Positions 24,311 through 38,500 of a DNA stretch of 64,000 nucleotides are shown here, in pieces. The stretch comes from Octopus vulgaris. Its lineage: Eukaryota. Below the pieces are notes generated by a model. That model was not told where the DNA came from. It saw only the letters and a program-made list of their open reading frames with translations, and searched no databases. The position numbers and the translations under genes were made by a program. The stretch is from the NCBI GenBank assembly GCA_951406725.2, contig OX597826.1, forward strand, positions 1,054,001 to 1,118,000, written 5' to 3'. Within the stretch, counting starts at the first letter, position 1, and each line of letters begins with the position of its first letter.

Positions 24311-26009
24311 CAGACAAAAAAAAAATAATAATAATAAACATAGATTTTTAAAGACTATGTCAGTGTAAAATATAACGATCCTAATCATTTTAATGTCTGC
24401 TTTTCTATGTTTCCATGTCTTCTTGAGCTGTAACAGCATTCAGCTGTTCAGTTCACTGCATTGAGAGTTCAGAATAGTTTCAAGGGATGATCAGAGTCTA
24501 GGAAACAAAGTTCCTGTCTGTATTTGTAAGCCACCATACATGACCTGTGGCAGGATGTCCTTGTGTTATGCCTTTTCACTGCAGGATGTCTGCAGACGTG
24601 ATCGAAGCTTGCGGATTCCAGAACAGAGGCCACCTGGAATTCACCATTGCCCTCCAGTTAACTGGCTTGTAGTCCTAGCACAGCCGGTGTCAGACCTGTC
24701 CTCCTTGGGTGGCTCTACCAGGGACTTGAGGCCCCCAATGGCATAACTCTGACACTCACTTGTTTAACCTTCCCACCACAACGAGGTCAAGAGTTTACAT
24801 GAGTCAGATGGAATTTATTAAAGCAGATTGTCTACAACTGAATGGCCTTCCTATCACCAACCTTCACTAGTTTCCAAGTATGATAATATTTGCCCATGAC
24901 CAGACATGTTTACACAGAAGACTGGAAATGCAGGACTCTGCTTGTACCAATGTGAAAGTCACCTACAACTCCTTGTCAATCCAAGGAGACACACACACAC
25001 ATATATATACATATATAATATATTTATTCGGATGAATTTATCTTCAGCCTTTAATAGGAATTTTTTCCATAGATTTCTAATGTCTTTTCCTCATACGCTA
25101 TTTACGAGTTTCTAAATCATATAGGTATGAAAGTATGTAAAGAAATAATCAATATAATATAAATTTATGAAACAAAGTTAAATAAATTTCATCAAATATA
25201 TGAAATGAAGTAGAATGGATGTTAAAATGGATTATCCTTTTATTTCATATTCCCAGATAATTGTTTCTGACAAAAGGACCAAGGTTTTGATAAAGAGGAC
25301 ATCATAAAAGTCAAATTTGTACTCTTCAGTAGATGAGATTTAAAGAATAATAAGCAGAAAGATGTTTAATATATACCTACAATAACTAAGAAAAAATTCT
25401 ATGTATATTTTAAACATCTTTTTGTTTATTTTATTTCAAATCTCACCTACTGAAAAGTACAAATTCGACCTTTATGATGTTCTCTTTATTGAAATTTTGG
25501 TCCTTTTGTCAGAAACAATTGTCTGGGAATCTCTCTCTATATAAACGGCAGTTTGTCTGTGTGTGTTTCTGTGTGTCTGTTAGCTTGTACCCTCACCCTG
25601 ACCACGGCTTTCAACCGATTCTGATGAAACTTAACACACACATAGCCCAATGTCATAATTCAAAACTAACGCAGACAAAATTTTGAAAAGTTTCCCCAGT
25701 TCTGAAAAAAATCAATAAATTCGACATGGGGTCGAGAATCAGAAACACAAACCACAGACTGTCTAGGGGACGCAACTCGACCGTTTTAACTCTCAAAAAA
25801 AAAATTTACCAAAGTTTTTTTTCCATTTTTTTGGCTATAACTCTCTAAAAATGCTTTATAGTTATTTCCCTTACAAACCCGAGCAACGCCGGGCGATACT
25901 GCTAGTATGAAATAAAAGCATAATCCATTTTAACATCCAATCTGCTTCATTTCATTTATCTAATGAAATTTTTTGAACTTTGTTTAATAAATTAAGTCTT
26001 ATATTATTT

Positions 26010-26051
<42 letters not shown>

Positions 26052-27803
26052 AAATAATAATATTAGGGAGTATAACTCCAAACTTACAGAGAAAAATTCA
26101 ATTTAGTATTAAATCAAATTTCACAATATAAATATGTAATATATATAGATTAGAGAAAAACCACTATTATGCAATTCAAACAATGATAGACATAAACCAA
26201 ATCATAAATAAAAAATAAAATATATTTTTTTTAAACATATAACTAGATCACAAAAAGTATAAAAATGAATAATCAATATACATATATATATATATAATTG
26301 TTTGAATTGTATAATAGTGGTTTTTCTCTTATTTTATAATATATCAGCTGCGAATGATCCGTGTATCTTGTTTTTGTCCTGTTTGCCAATTGTTGTTGTA
26401 CTCTCGCCTATTTTCCCGCATGTTGTGTCTTGTTGGTTTCCGTCTGTTCTGTTCTTTCTGTTCTACCTTTGATTTTTAGATATATGTATATATATATATG
26501 ATCACAGAGTACCAAAAGCACAAGTTCCACTACAGTGGACATGTCACAAGGTTCACAGATAACAGGTGGACCTCTGCAGTAACTGAGAGTGGTTGCAGAG
26601 AATCTGCCTCAACAAACTCTGTCCAATTCTTTCAAAAATGGTAAAGTGGACATTAAAAAAAATGATATTGAGATTTCTTTATATTCGAGTGAACGTTTTT
26701 ATAATCTTTACTTCAAATATGTTAGCAGTAACGTGCATATCTAATATTCATCACCTGGAAAAAAAGTACATGGCTACAACTGAAGTACAATTTAAAATCA
26801 GTTCAGCTGAGTCACTGCAAAAGTGAAAGTTAAGAGAGGGGGGATGGAAAGGGGAGAAGGGAGAGGATTGACTTACCTGGTCGGAGGGTGATGTTCCCAG
26901 GAGCCAGGTGTGTAACTACGATGCCACCTTGACCAGGGGAGACAACCTTTGGCTGACTGACAACTTGTAAAGGCTGCTGGCTGAGCAAAGTGCTGGCAGA
27001 GGTTGTAACAGCAACCGTTTTCAACTGTGACATTACAGTGGCTGACTGCAATGCCGAGCTAAGTACTGTCGTTGTCCCTGAATTGGCTGTCACTGAATGA
27101 AAGAAAGAATTCAAACAGAAAATTGGTGAGTTTTAAATAAAAGATTCTGAAAAATTCTTCATATTTTCAGATTTCAATTTTAACCTTTTTCATCCTATCC
27201 TGTCAGAGACTGTGTCTGATTTTCTAAAGTGTTCTAAATTAAAATCTTGCCTCAAAAGTTTGGTTTTGTCTCAATTTGGAAAATAATAAAGAATTTAGAA
27301 AAAAAATAACTTTCTCATTATTAAAATGGTGTTTGGAACACAAATTAAAATGGAATTTTGATGAAAGGTTTGAATTCACATCACTTTAAGACAGAACTGA
27401 TGGGGAGAAGCGATTTCATGCAGGCTGGTATTAAAAGGATTAACCTTTTAGCATTTAAACCAGCCATATTCTACCTGTTTCGTGTTTATACCAGCCCCCC
27501 CCCCACACCTACCCTACAATGTCATTCTAAAAATAAACAATCACATCATTGAAATTTCAAAGCTATGAGATAATCCAGGATTAACTCAAAACAATGTGGA
27601 TAAATAAACATTATATTTAACAGAAAGGTTACTCTCTTTACTCTTGTACTTGTTTCAGTCATTTGACTGTGGCCATGCTGGAGCACCGCCTTTAGTCGAG
27701 CAAATCGATCCCAGGACTTATTCTTTCTAAGCCTAGTACTTATTCTATCAGTCTCTTTTGCCGAATTCTAAGTTACGGGGACAAACACAGACACACACAC
27801 ACA

Positions 27804-27853
<50 letters not shown>

Positions 27854-30800
27854 TATATACAATGAGCTTCTTTCAGTTTCCATCTATCAAATCCACTCAC
27901 ATGGCTTTGGTCGGCCTGAGGCTATAGTAGAAGACATTTGCCCAAGGTGCCACGCAGTGGGACTGAACCCGGAACCATGTGGTTCGTAAGCAAGCTACTT
28001 ACCACACAGCCACTCCTACACCTATTAATTCTACAGCTTACCTGTTGAGCTTGTTGGTCTGGTCATCTGGGCAGAATCTGTGAGAGTGACCACAGAAGTG
28101 TTACTACCCTGTGGTATGATATTAATTGTTGGCAATGCTCCCTGAGCAGTCTGAATGACATTCACCGATGGACGCGATTTCCCGTCAATCTGCAAAATTC
28201 CTTTGGTCGTTTGTACAGCTTTCCCAGTCAACTGAACTGGTTTACCACCAGACATTGGCTGCAAAATATTGCTACCTACAAAAACAAAGAAACAAGTTAA
28301 TAATTAACAACATGCTTTAATTAAAATGAAAGAAAATAAATCAGGTGTGGCTTTGTGGTCAGGGTATTCACCTTGTGATCACAAGGTTGTGAGTTTGATA
28401 GCTGACAGGATATTGAGTCCTTGAGCAAGACACTTTATTTCACATTGCTCCAGTCCATTGTGGAGTGTAATGTGCCACAAGCAGGCTGTTCTATTGATTG
28501 GACCAACTGAAACCCTTGTCATTGCAACCAACAGTGTTAGTAAAAGAAAGAAAAAGAGGGTTAAATGTCTTGCAAGGTTCAGTTCCGTCCCTCTGCATTT
28601 CAAGCTCAAATCCTGCCACTGTTGACTTTTGCTATTAAAACCGTCTTCAGTGGTAAAATGGTTTAAGGATTGAATTATTCAACTAGTTCTGCTCTGTAGT
28701 AAAGATTGCTTGCTAACATTACATGGCAGTCCTGGTTTAGGACGAATGTTGCTGTAATTTAGCCCCAGGAGGCATCGTCTCCAGCTGGCTGTATGACACG
28801 ATCTGTGTCCTTACATTTTCGAACAAGGGAATCTAGCAGATCGTATCGTATAGCCAGCTGGAGACGTTGTCTCCTGGGACTAAATTACAGCAACATTCGT
28901 CCTAAACCAAGACTTCCATGTTATGTTGGCAAACAATCTTTATTACAAAGTACTGTTGCTCGATATTTCACGTTGTGAGATTTAAAAACAGTAATTTCTA
29001 AAAAATTTTCTGTACAAATTTCTGGAATAGTGTTAATGTACAACAGCAATAAAATTTGAAATAATGATAATTCTTTAAAAAAAAAAGTGACTATGACAGC
29101 TCCTACTACTATTAACCTCTATTTTTAATCAGTCCAACTTCTAATTTCTTTAATTATTCAGTGTCCCATATGACAACAGCCGCCACAGGTTTAGCATCAA
29201 CTTTGACATGCTTGCATGGCTTGGGTGAAATTCATTGAGATTTTTCACAAGTGGATGCTCTTCCTGTTGCCAACCTTCATCAGTTTCCAAGCAGGCTAAT
29301 ATATTTTCCTAGTCCAGACATGTTTTCACATAAGATTGTATATAACTGACACTATTTGTATAACAGTGATGTTCATTTACAATTAGTAGTGTGTAATATC
29401 ACAAGGAAACACAGACATACACACATGCAGGATTCCTTTCAGTATCCATCTACCAGTTTCACTCACGATGCTTTAACTAGCTCAGGGCTACAGCAGAAAG
29501 AGACTTGCCCAAGGTTAGGGTTAGGACTGAACCTGAAACCACAAGACTGTGAAGCAAACATCAGGTCCACACAGTGATGCAGATAATTATAATAATTCAT
29601 TATTACCTCTGCCTTAGCAAAAGCAGAGGTATTGTTTTCAGTGATGTTTGTTTGTTTGTCCATGGACAAGATATTTTAAGAACCGCTTGATGGAATCGGA
29701 TGAAACTTTCAGGGATGTTTGGCCTCATGACTCGCATGGACTGGTTAGAGTTTGGGACCAATCCAGTACCAGACAAGGATTTGAGATTATTTCTTATATT
29801 TACTTTACATGATTACGATCTTATGTTTGCTTTCAAGTCTTTCTCAATTATCTCCCTTTAGGCTGTTTCCAAAGTTTTCTTTTTGTTTCTCTATAATTAA
29901 TTTTACTCGCGTCTCTATCTTAGTAGAAACTGATGGATAAAGAAATCAAACTACATAAACAAATGACAGCAAAACCATTCAGAAATTAAATAACACTAAC
30001 ATATTTTTATAATATATATATTACATATTATACATACATATTAACACTTTACAGTATACTTACATATATGCATACATCTATACATGGATCTAAAACAACA
30101 GGAATGCTAAAGGAAGGCCAGAATTGAAGAGAAGAGAAAACGAAAAAGCCTCACGTTATTCATTTAAAAATTCCAGAGTAGAACTGATTATTATGACCTC
30201 CACCTCTGAAACTATTTTGAATGGGGAATTGGTTAAGTTTGGCTTCTTTTAGATAAGGATAAACTATTTATTACTGTTACTACATTTTCTACAGCCACCT
30301 TCACATTCCATGACTACCATTGGGATCAATCAGGTACCGGACAAGGATTCTGGATTATTTTTCCGTTTTTTTTTTACTTAATTTTTGAGAGCGGTAGGGT
30401 TCATTTTTAGTACTCCCATTAGTGAGAGCAGTCGGGTTCATTTCAGATATTCTCATTTTAAAAATCATCTCTGGCTAATCGTTGAGAGGATGTTGGTGCT
30501 GCCTTGGCAGAGGTTTGCATTCTCTGAGTGCTGTTGTTGTTATTATTACCTCCGCCTTAGCGAAGGCAGAGGTATTGTTGGTTTGTTTATCTGTGGACAA
30601 GATATCTCAAGAACTGCTGGATGGCCTTGTGACTGGCACAAACTGATTAGATTTTGGGATCGGTCCGGTACCGGACAAGGATTCTGGATTATTTTCCAGG
30701 TTTTTTTTTTTTTACTTAATTGCTGAGAGAAGTCAAGTTCATTCTATTTCAAATATCCTCATTTTAAAAAGTCATCTCTGGCTAATTGTTGAGAGGACAT

Positions 30801-32559
30801 TGGTGTTGCTTTGGTGGAGGTTTGCACTCCCTGAATGCTCTAGTTTATTTTATTCGTTTCAGTTGTGACTGTGGCCATGCTGGAGTACTGCCTTGAAGGA
30901 TTGTAGCCAAACAAATCGACCCTGGGACCTATTTTTTAGGTCTAGTATTTATTCTATCAATCTATTTTGCTGAACTGCTAGTTACGGGGATGTAAACACA
31001 CCAACACTGGTTGTTAAGCAATGATGGGGTGGTCAAATACAGACACATACACACAGATATATATATATATAAGGGCTTCTTTCAGTTTTCTCTACCAAAT
31101 CTATTCACAAGGCTTTGGTCAGCCTGAGGCAATAGAAGACACTTGCCCAAGGTGCCATGCAGTAGTACTGAACCTGGAACCATGTGGTTGAGAAGAAAGC
31201 TTCTTATCACACCACCATGCCTGCACCTATTAGTCTACCTTTTATCTTTTACATGTATCAGTCATTAGACTGTGGCCATGCTGGGGCATCACCTTGAAAA
31301 ATATTTAGTCAAACAAATTGACCCCAGAGCTTGTTTTATTTTCCAAAGTCTGGCACTTATTTTATTGGTCCCGATTGCCAAAGAACTCAGGGGACATAAA
31401 CAAACCAACATAAAGAGGCATACGCATACACAAAGACATACACAAACGACATATACAACAGTCTTCCATACAGTCTCTGTCTACCAAATTCACTCACAAG
31501 GCATTGGTCAGCCCAGGTCTATAGAAGACACTTACTCAAAGCACCACCTACTGGGATTGAACCCAAAGCCATACGCTTACAAAAGCAAACATTTTTTTCA
31601 TCACACAGCCATACCTGCACCGAAAACATTACAATATACAATACACATTTGTGACGTGTGTAGAGAGCTGAAGTTATTTTTATGCATAGGGTGTGTGCAT
31701 TAGTAAACCATGTCGTGCATTAAATACATAAAAGAGTTTCATACTCTCTCGGAAATGACATTGTCAAGTCAGATTAATAATCTGACACTTAGATATTACC
31801 ATGAAACCATATTCTGGGTGTAATAATTTCATTTCTGGGAGGCAGTGGGGAGGTGTATTTGTTTGGTCCGGGGTGGCATCCCAACCTTTTTTGCTGAACA
31901 CCCAAAAGCCTTGGATATTCACTATTAGGTTGGTGCATAATTATTGCGGCTTTTATCCAACAAATTTTATTCAACAAAAACAATAACAAAAACATCTTTA
32001 AATGATTATTCTGGAGCATATTCACCATTCACTTCAATTACTGCTTCCCATTTGCTTGGCAGACAGTCGGACCATCATTTAAAGATGTTTTTGTTGAAAA
32101 AAAAGCTGCAATAATTCTGCACCAACTTCCTCCAATTTTCATTCCCTTCTTATCTTATTTAGTTTACAACAGAAGGTGTGTGTGGGGCTTAGTGGTTAGG
32201 GCTACCTGACACATGATCAGAAGGCTGTGAGTTTGATTCCCAGCATTGCATTCTGTTCTTTATTTCATGTTGCTCCAGTCTCCACTCAGCTGGCAAAAAT
32301 GAATCGTACCTGTAATTCACCAGGGGCCAGCCAGCCTTGCCACGTTCTGTGTCCCATGCTGAATCTCCCTAACAACTACATTAACTGTACGGCTGTTCTG
32401 TGGAATGCTCAGCCATTTGCTTGTTAATTTCACAAGCAGGCTGTTCTGTTAATCACATTAACTGGAACCTTTGTCCTTGGAATTGATGGTGTCTTGGCTA
32501 ATTTACAGATAAAAATCTAATAGTATTTAATAATCTATACATATAAGGCTGAAGTTGTG

Positions 32560-32590
<31 letters not shown>

Positions 32591-35500
32591 ATGTGTGGCA
32601 GGTTTGGTAGCCTTCAACTAACACTATCTCCTCCAAGACCTTGCAGTGCAAGTTGACCAAAATTGAGAGTACGATAGAAGAAGGCTTGCTCTTCATTCTG
32701 TAGAAGAAAAAATTCAAATTGGACCATGTTAAGACCAAAATTTATTTACATCAAAAAGGTGCTTTTTTTTCTATGAAAATCCTTATTTTTTAACAATTTT
32801 TTCACTGCTGTGTTGCCATTTTTCGGTGTATTTCAACCAGAAAAATGTTCGCTTAAAGAGAATCACAAGCTACATAATGCAAAATTTTTACTTTTCAAAA
32901 AAGATTGAAACTATGTTAAAACTTTGTTAATGCGACATCAAAGTCTGACATTTTAAGTGCAACTAAAAAACAAACCTGAGCAACGCTGGGCTATACTGCT
33001 AGTAATAAATACTAGTAAAAATTTATTATATCATCATCTTAAATTTTTTATGAATATAATAATAGCACAAATTTAAAACTAATGCATCGTTCATTGTTCC
33101 CTTCATAGTTTTTAACATCCTCTGAAGGTGAAATATGAATAGGAGTGAAGGATAAACACCCTTCCCAAGTCATATAGACTCATAGCACTGGTTTCTTGGT
33201 TTCCATGGTGTATATATTGCCCATCCCCTGGACGGGATGCCAGTCCATTGCAGCATTATGCATTTTTGCCAGCTGAGTGAACGGGAGCAAAGTAAAATGA
33301 AGTGTTTTGCTCAAGAACCCAACGCATTGCCCAGTAGCAGAATCGAAACCACAATCTTACAATCATGAGTGCAATACACTAACCACTTAGCCACGTGGCT
33401 CCAGTGAAATACAATCTCCTTTGGGAACCACTCGTCTGGAAAAAGGTGTAGTACCCATGACTTTTTTAGGCTGCCTGAGACTGGTAAGATCCATGCATTT
33501 AACATTCAAATCAAATTCTACTCCGAAACAGGTGTAGAGAATTGCAGAGGGGCCAGCATCTTCAAAAGACCAGGAGTAATACTGCAGGGGTGGGGGGGTG
33601 ACAAGAAGAGGTGCAGAGACAAAAGAGTCAGGAGAGCTTAGTGAAGGTGGGACAAGCCTAACCAACCCAATAGAGTAGAGGCTGCAATAGTAAAGGTAGA
33701 AAAGGCAGAGGGAGGAGACACAGTACATCTGTGGGTCAGAGTTTAGAGTGTTTTAATCAGTCGAGCAGCCTCTTTCTCACTGAATGCAATCTAGGAAATG
33801 TGTGTGTGTGTGTGTTTCAGTGTGTAGTAACAGCAGCATCCCACAGCATGGAAACAGTATTCTGTTGTGGATCATAACTGAACTTTGAAGTGACTAAACA
33901 CATGCATAGACTTCTCACTTGATTATCCATGCCAGTACTCTACATAAGTACGCACACACAATCACAAAATTACATACACACACAAAGTTTGAATTATAAT
34001 AATTATTTCTACTTGAAAATTTTGTGGGGTGGGGTGGGGCTAAGTGATTACATCAACCCCAGTGCATAACTGGTACTTATTTCGTCAACCTCGAAAGGAT
34101 GAAAGGCAAAGTCAACCTCCAAGGAATTTGAACTCAGAACATCATGGCAGATAAAATACTGCTAAGCATTTTGCCCGGTGTGCTAATTATTCTGCCAGCT
34201 CACTGCCTTAGTCTGAATTATAATAATGGTTTCAAATTTTGGCACCAGGCCAGTAAGTTTAGGGGAGCGGTTTTTGTTGTTTATATGAACAACCGTGCCC
34301 CCAGCTCTTAGGTGGTACTTATTGTATCTACCTTGAAAGGATGAAAGGCAATGTCAAACTCAGCAAGATTTGAACTCAGAACATAAAGAGCCAGAAAAAA
34401 TACCACTGAACATTTTGTCTGGCACCATAACAATTCGGTCAGCTCACCATTTTAACAGAACTTGTAATCATTATTTTCTTCCAAATGTCATAATTTGAAA
34501 CATAGTGTGTGGTTAAAAAGTTTGTGTTGGCAACTATGTGGTTTTGGGTTCAGTCCCACAGCATGGCAGCTTGGGTAAGTACCTTCTAATATGGCCCCAG
34601 GCTAACCAATGTTTTGTAAGTGGATTTGGCAGATGGAAATTGTGTGGAAGTCCATCATATAAATAGACACACACACACATATGTGTGTGCATATGTGTGG
34701 TTTGTTTATGTCACCGTGACTAAGCAATTCGGCAAGAGTGACCAACAAAATAAGTATCAGATTTTTAAAAATTATATGTGTATGGACGAGGACAGCTGCG
34801 TATGGATAAGGGCAGCTGTGTATGGATGAGAACAGCTGCATATGGACGAGAACAGCAGCATATGGATGAGGGCATCTGTGTATGGATGAGGACTGATGTG
34901 TAAAGAAGTGCTGATCTTTAACTATGGAGTGAACCTGTAAAAGAGGAAGACATGGGACAAGGTGGTGAACCATAATATTTGAACATTGAGCCTCATGGAG
35001 ATGATGACAAACGACTGAGCCCTTTGGTGATATGCCGTGCTCGAGAAGACTCGTCAAGCCAATTGAAATCATAGTTGTAGGCAATGCCAGTGTCAAGTAA
35101 AAAGCAGCCATTACACTCTTGAAATGGTTGGTGTTAGGAAAGGCATTCAGCCATAGAAACCCTGGCAAATCAGACTGGAACTTGGTGCAGCTCTGGCTCA
35201 CCATTTCCAGTCAAACCATCTAACCCATGCAAGCATGGAAAGCAGACGCTAAATGATGAGGATGATGATGGTAAGGACTGGGGACAGTTTGTTTGACTAA
35301 ACCCTTCAAGGCAGTGCTCCAGCATGGCCACAGGCCAACGACTGAGATAAGTAACAGGAAAAGTAGCCACAGAAGTAAAACATAATGTTGGATTTAGACC
35401 TGGATCTTTAATCCCACCATGCCAACCACCTTTGAATATTGACAAACAGAGAGTTGTCTACATGCTTGTTAGACTAGTTAGGAATATTTGCCAAACACCT

Positions 35501-38500
35501 TTAAACAGCACCCAACTATCTTTTTAAAAAGAAGGGTCACAGTGGATAATGTTATCCAGGGTACACAATGCCTGAAGAAAGAAAGTAGATGCACAATTAG
35601 AGCTAACCTGGGCTTTCTGTATGCTTGTGTGTGTGTGTGTGTGTGTCTGTGTGTGTGTGTGTGTGTGTATGGCTCTGTGCCCATACATGTATGTGACCAT
35701 GCTAGCATAGAAAGTGGATGTTAAACGATGAGGATGATGATGATGGTGATAATGTGTGTATCTGTACCTTTGTGTGGGTGTCTGTGTGTATATGTGTTTG
35801 GCTGTGTGTATGTGCATGTGTGTTTGAGTGTCTGTGCATGTTTGCATGCATGTGTGTGTGAAGTGTATGTGTATATGCTTGTGTGCATACGAGTGTGTAT
35901 GTGTTCATGTTGTCAATGTAGATATGTACATGTCTGTGCAGCTGTGTCCAAGTGTGTGCATATGCATGTGTGTGCATGTGACTGCAAGTGTGTATGCGTA
36001 TGCATGTGAGTGTGTGTGTGTATGCATGTGAGTGTGTGCGTGTGTGTGCATGTTTGTATAAACAATAAAAACAAAAAACAGCATGAGCATTACCTTGAAT
36101 TTTTATGGTTGTTGGACCCGCAGACCCTGAAGTATTTTTCTGTGCAGCTCCGGTCAATAAGTTGCCAACTGACACCATTTGTGGACCGGAGACAAGTCTC
36201 GCAACCATGGGCGTGGCAGTAGTCGCAGTTGACACCGAGGTTCGGTTGGCTGTACTGAGAATGGTTTGTCCAGTCATCAGGGACTTACTACTATTCACAC
36301 AAACAGCCGACGTCACGTTGTGCTGTTGGTAAGGTAATAATTCCGGCTTGGATGTTATCACAACGGTAGCTTGGTGCAGTGAAGAGCCAGATACTGCCCC
36401 GCCAGATTTGGTCACTATCTGACCAGGCAAAAGGTTCAAAGAGACCGGTTTGGCAGTGGCGGTCGAAGTCCGTACCTGGCTAGCAACGGCGGGTGAGCCA
36501 CTAGTTCCTGTGGCTTGAGAAGGCACGATGGCAAAAGTCAAAGGTTTCGACAAAGTCGACGCTGACGCTGCTATGGTTCCTTGCACATGCGTTCCGGAAG
36601 CTTGCGTCTGTGCTTTCGTAATTTCAGAAATTGGTATGGTGGTCAGAGTGCCGCTATTACCAATACTGGTCACCGAGTTGCTGCTACCAATGCTTGGCGC
36701 TTGAGCAAGACTAAGATTAATCGTTGCAGGTTTAGCTGCACTCAGATTAGATTTTGGGCTTCCTTGTAAAGTTCGCGTCGTACTTGTAGCTACACGTGCA
36801 TTTTGTGTGGGTTTGGGGGCCCTTGAGACCACGAGGTTTGGCATCGTAGGGATAACAGGTTCTTCAGGGTGTGCTGTACTGTCAGAGCTAGATACTGTGA
36901 TGGAAGGCGAGGACTTTGAATTCTGTGCAGTTGATGATGATGCTGTTGTTATTGCTGTACTTGTAGGAACCATTTCTTTAGATTTCTGAAAAGAAGAAAA
37001 AAAAAGATAAGATTATATATTCTATCTTGTTGTACCCCAATCTTACATCTCTTCTTTTCTCTCTCTCTTTATTTCTTTCTCTCACCTTCCAGGTGAGTAA
37101 GCTATGTATTCACCTCTTCAGCAAAACATCTGCTCCTCTCCCTCTATCATAGTTTCTTATTCCTCTAGTCTATACCCAGCTTAGTTGATGAAATTTTATC
37201 TTGCAAGCACTTGGTGACCTCACCAGTACTGGTGCCACATAAAAAGCACTCAGTACACTCTGTTAACTGGTTGGCATTAGGAAGGGCATCCAGCTCTAAA
37301 AGCTATGCCAAAGCAGACACCTTCCCAAGCTTTTTGGCTTATTTGTGCTTGTCAAACTGTCCAACCCATGCCAGCATGAAAAAAAGGGCATGATGATGAT
37401 TGATTGATTGATACATACATACATATTTATACACACACACACACACACACACACATACACATAACATTGATAAATATTACCTTTTGGTATTAATAATGCT
37501 TCTGTTGCAATTATTAAAAAAAAATAATTTTGTGTCATGAGGGCAAAGGGCCGATACCTTTGGCAATATGTCATGTAGGAGACACCTGTGCCAGTGGCAC
37601 GTTGGGCCTCAAGGAGGTGATGAGTGACTGATACCTTTGGCAATATGTCATGCTTGAGAAGACCCGTCAAACCAAGTGAAACTGTAGACGCAGCTGATGC
37701 TGGTGTCACGTAGGAGACACCTGTGCCAGTGGCACGTTGGGCCTCAAGGAGGTGATGAGTGACTGATACCTTTGGCAATATGTCATGCTTGAGAAGACCC
37801 GTCAAACCAAGTGAAACTGTAGACGCAGCTGATGCTGGTGTCACGTGGGAGACACCTGTGCCAGTGGCACGTTGGGCCTCAAGGAGGTGATGAGTGACTG
37901 ATACCTTTGGCAATATGTCATGCTTGAGAAGACCCGTCAAACCAAGTGAAACTGTAGACGCAGCTGATGCTGGTGTCACGTAGGAGACACCTGTGCCAGT
38001 GGCACGTTGAGCCTCAAGGAGGTGATGAGTGACTGATACCTTTGGCAATATGTCATGCTTGAGAAGACCCGTCAAACCAAGTGAAGCTGTAGACGCAGCT
38101 GATGCTGGTGTCACGTGGGAGACACCTGTGCCAGTGGCACGTTGGGCCTCAAGGGGGTGATGAGTGACTGATACCTTTGGCAATATGTCATGCTTGAGAA
38201 GACCCGTCAAACCAAGTGAAACTGTAGACGCAGCTGATGCTGGTGTCACGTAGGAGACACCTGTGCCAGTGGCACGTTGGGCCTCAAGAAGGTGATAAGT
38301 GACTGATACCTTTGGCAATATGTCATGCTTGAGAAGACCCGTCAAACCAAGTGAAGCTGTAGACGCAGCTGATGCTGGTGTCACGTAGGAGACACCTGTG
38401 CCAGTGGGACGTTGGGCCTCAAGAAGGTGATAAGTGACTGATACCTTTGGCAATATGTCATGCTTGAGAAGACCCGTCAAACCAAGTGAAACTGTAGACG

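Noticed and set aside
25025-25050. Minus-strand CTGAAGA..CGAAT as a hammerhead
   Set aside because: GAAA box and stem II would need several substitutions. Similar isolated CTGA(T/A)GA hits near 6988, 25621, 40889, 60418 and 62351 also lack the rest of the fold.
35702-36093. His/Thr-rich C-terminal extension of the 423-aa ORF
   Set aside because: Lies past the phase-1 donor at 36093 and is degenerate CA/TG microsatellite.
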